Assembly: GCA_030167865.1 (NCBI GenBank)
Contig: JALAGF010001169.1
Location: 1-32,792 of the forward strand
DNA: 32,792 bases
Reading direction: 5' to 3'
Origin: Craspedostauros australis
Taxonomy: Eukaryota
The notes under the pieces were generated by a model, which worked only from the letters and a program-made list of their open reading frames with translations, was not told the origin of the DNA and made no database searches. Within the stretch, counting starts at the first letter, position 1; the number at the start of each line of letters is the position of its first letter. Below are positions 30,130 through 32,792 of this stretch, piece after piece. Both the position numbers and the translations under genes were made by a program.

Positions 30130-31880
30130 ATGGCAGCCATAACACCAACGACGTGGTTGATGCATCAAAAGAGGATGATTGGTGTCATCTGCATCGCGTG
30201 CATGGTGGTGGCAACGAACCCACTGTCATCACCATCCCTGTCATCACTCCAACGCAGAAGCGAAGCAGCAGAAGCAACAGGAATGGGAATGGGAACCACC
30301 AACCAATACGGAAGATCGCAGTCATCGGTGGTGGCATCGCCGGTCTCTCCTTGGCGCATGCCTTCGAAAACAACAACGGCAACGATGTACACAACATTGA
30401 TGTGACATGCTTCGACGTGAAATGCTTCGATGCGAGACCAGAATTGGACGTCGTTGCAGGTGCGGGGTGTGCAGCTCAACAGTGGCATGGTGACATGGCG
30501 GTGCTCAAGCAGATCTATCCGTCCCTGTCCCTGTAGCGTGCAGAATACAGCCTGCGGTGGCCGATGTCGCGCTACCGTTGACAACCGTGCGATCCAAGAC
30601 CACCAGCTGGATCTCATCCAATGAGGAGTTTCAGCTGGTGCATATCAATCTCAGACAGATGATCATGAATGCGGAGTGACGCCACGACGAAGGCGCTGAT
30701 CCAGGAGGAGGGTGAAGTCATGGCGTATCATACTCCATCATGCGAGGAGCGTTGCAGGAGGTGCTGCTGGAGGAGCTGAAGACGACGCCTGTGCATCTCA
30801 GCAAGCAGGTGGTGAATGTGGAATATGAAAGGACGGAGGCGCGAGATGCCGTCCATCTCACATTTCAGGACGGGACGAGGGAAGGGCCGTACGATATGGT
30901 GGTGGACTGTGATGGTGTCAACCGCGTCGTCAAGCAGTACATCAACGGCGATGCGCGGTCGCCATCAGACAATCAACGAAATTCGGTGGCTGTGTACTCT
31001 GGTATCCGCATCCGGTACGCCATCCAGGATGTCGCCAAAGAGGACAGCGATAGTAGGAGCGGTAGTAGTAGCAGCAGAAGTAGCGGCGACCGAACGAACA
31101 CAATGGCACAAGATTCCGTCCTGCAGCAACACTTTGGCAACTGCGCTCACTGCCTCGCTGACAACTGCAGTAATGGCATCAAGCGCGGCACCACCCAATG
31201 CTGCTTCATCATCTTCCGCAACGCCTTGCCCTTCTCCAAACCCGCCGTCAGCAAAGATGATGAGAACGCCGCTTGGAAAGCATCATCCGAGGCCAAACGC
31301 ATCCAGCAACAGATGCGACAGCAGATTGATGATTCCAAGATCCCCACGCACACCACAAGGTCCATCATTGACCAACTCATGGGTAATGCCGATCGCTTCT
31401 TCGCGTGAGGGATCTACTTCCACGGTCCCTTTGTGCGATGGACCAAGGCGATGGTGGCCACCAACGATAACCGCAACCGCAACCGCAATGGAAGCACCGG
31501 CGCAGACAAGGTCGCCATCCTGACTGTCTGTGATGATGCAGCGCATGTCCATGCCACCGTTCCTTGGACAGGGCGCCAATCAGGTCATCCAAGACGCCTA
31601 CTGTCTGGTCAACGTCATTCGGCAATACAATATGCAGTGCGATGAACAAGGCAATGGCGAGAACAGCCTCGAAGATATTCTGCAGACAGAATACAAGGAC
31701 AAGCGATGGTCCACCATCACGAGCATCATGGACATCACGACCGCCACAGCCAAGGCTGATTGGTCTGCTGGGATACCTGGAGACCTCATCGGGGCCGTTG
31801 ACCAAGTTCCGAGACGTGTCCTTCTTCATCGTGATGTGGCGCAGATAGGTTCCGTGGACGCTTTCGTTTGCTGTTAATAG
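30130..31880 (+). pseudogene. Frameshifted FAD-dependent monooxygenase (class A flavoprotein monooxygenase / FAD_binding_3-like) pseudogene, copy 2
   Basis: Family motifs occur in order but across different frames, with stops: KIAVIGGGIAGLSLA, (GA)GVQLNSG, MRGALQEVL, DMVVDCDGVN (GADG motif), in-frame TGA at 31406-31408, DDAAH / MPPFLGQGANQVIQDAYCL (GD motif, split by a frameshift). Confidence 0.88.
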
Positions 31881-32008
31881 GCATTCCATACTTCTCACCA
31901 GCCACAACACGCAATCACAATCACCCAGCCATCTCCCTTGTTCCATCCTACTCATACAACAACACACTCACATGCACCAGAGTATCAATCCTGTCTTCAT
32001 TCGCTGTT

Positions 32009-32792
32009 CTAATTACTCGACGAACAGAGTACTCCAAGGCCATCCAGGATCTCATCAATCATCGATGTGTCTTTCTTTTCCACATTGCAAGCAGAAACAT
32101 CATCAACTCGGACGAGCCGATCCGCTCTCTTGTCATCCCAAGTCTGTTTCAACGTCTCACTGCCCTGCAACAGAACATTGAAAGTCTCGCTCATGGGATC
32201 CATTGTACCCATTAGACCCACTGCATGCATTGTACCCCCACGTTTGCTTGTTCTCATCAGCATCTCCCCAAACAGGGCCTGTGGCCGTGACCATGTCGGA
32301 AGGGAACACAGAACTGCTCTCACCTTGTTGCGATGATTTCGCCGCAAGATACGTCCAACAAGCGCATCGTACGAATGGGCATGTTCGTCAGGCGGGCGTG
32401 GATAAATGTCAAGATAGGTGAGTTGGGTAGTCTGCTCCAAGGCTTGCTCAAGTGCTTCCATTTGTGCCGAGAGGGTCTCGGGTGGAGCTTCAAACATACC
32501 GGGATCCCTAAAAGCATCACACGTCAGAGATGACAAGCTCTTGTTTCCCAGGAGCGATATCAATGCGTCGAACATGATCATCTGCTCTGGCTCCGACAAC
32601 CCAATCCAAATACCGGAAACACTGAGCTTCTTCAGGTGTGATGCATCTGAAAGGAGTTTGATGGTCTGGTCGATTTCTTGTTGTGAGCAGATTCGTCGGG
32701 CATTGTGGACCTCACAGCAATTGATGCTGAACTTGTTGATGCGCTTGTTTGACTGAAATAGCTTTGCCAAGCTATCGCGAGTGACACGGGTG
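32009..32792 (-). CDS. RNI-like / LRR protein, copy 2 (5'-partial; continues beyond the window)
   Basis: Open frame to the window edge. About 75% aa identity to copy 1 over 179 aligned residues (manual count, 45 differences). Confidence 0.75.
   Translation of the reverse strand, partial: TRVTRDSLAKLFQSNKRINKFSINCCEVHNARRICSQQEIDQTIKLLSDASHLKKLSVSGIWIGLSEPEQMIMFDALISLLGNKSLSSLTCDAFRDPGMFEAPPETLSAQMEALEQALEQTTQLTYLDIYPRPPDEHAHSYDALVGRILRRNHRNKVRAVLCSLPTWSRPQALFGEMLMRTSKRGGTMHAVGLMGTMDPMSETFNVLLQGSETLKQTWDDKRADRLVRVDDVSACNVEKKDTSMIDEILDGLGVLCSSSN

Larger units (their letters stand above)
30023..32792. repeat. Tandem duplication copy 2 (runs off the window end)
   Basis: Homologous to 27208-28495, with extra internal sequence that copy 1 lacks. 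Confidence 0.88.

Noticed and set aside
30130-31880. Calling the pseudogene zeaxanthin epoxidase
   Set aside because: Only generic class A flavoprotein monooxygenase motifs are visible, so substrate cannot be assigned.
1-32792. CRISPR array, tRNA/rRNA/snRNA, transposase/RT or prokaryotic defence operon
   Set aside because: No repeat-spacer periodicity, RNA gene signatures, terminal repeats or catalytic motifs were seen by eye. All short repeats are simple tandem microsatellites or minisatellites, and the DNA is eukaryotic.

Overview
Eukaryotic, essentially intron-free genomic DNA. It is most consistent with a diatom or related photosynthetic stramenopile: one gene has a bipartite ASAFAP-type plastid presequence, leaders are CAA/CA-rich, and several families are diatom-typical. 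Left to right: (1) a ~2.45 kb tandem duplication with two GT61-like glycosyltransferases, head-to-head with an FkbM-family methyltransferase; (2) two paralogous small proteins of an uncharacterised 'RVxF...WY...RGLE...EQxxQ' family in long non-coding tracts; (3) a ~2,200-2,400 aa single-exon protein (TM hairpin, DUF1769, MIR/beta-trefoil-like, PH, DUF547); (4) a plastid-targeted DUF3611 (TIC21/PIC1-like) gene divergent from an RRM-like/PWI gene; (5) a second tandem duplication of a unit made of a decayed FAD-monooxygenase pseudogene and a convergent RNI-like/LRR gene. The most striking signal is that the two LRR paralogs are nearly identical in their predicted helices but hypervariable in each predicted beta-strand/loop, a pattern typical of recognition or immune receptors. 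All domain calls are by motif recognition, with no database search. No rRNA, tRNA, CRISPR array or recognisable transposon was seen.
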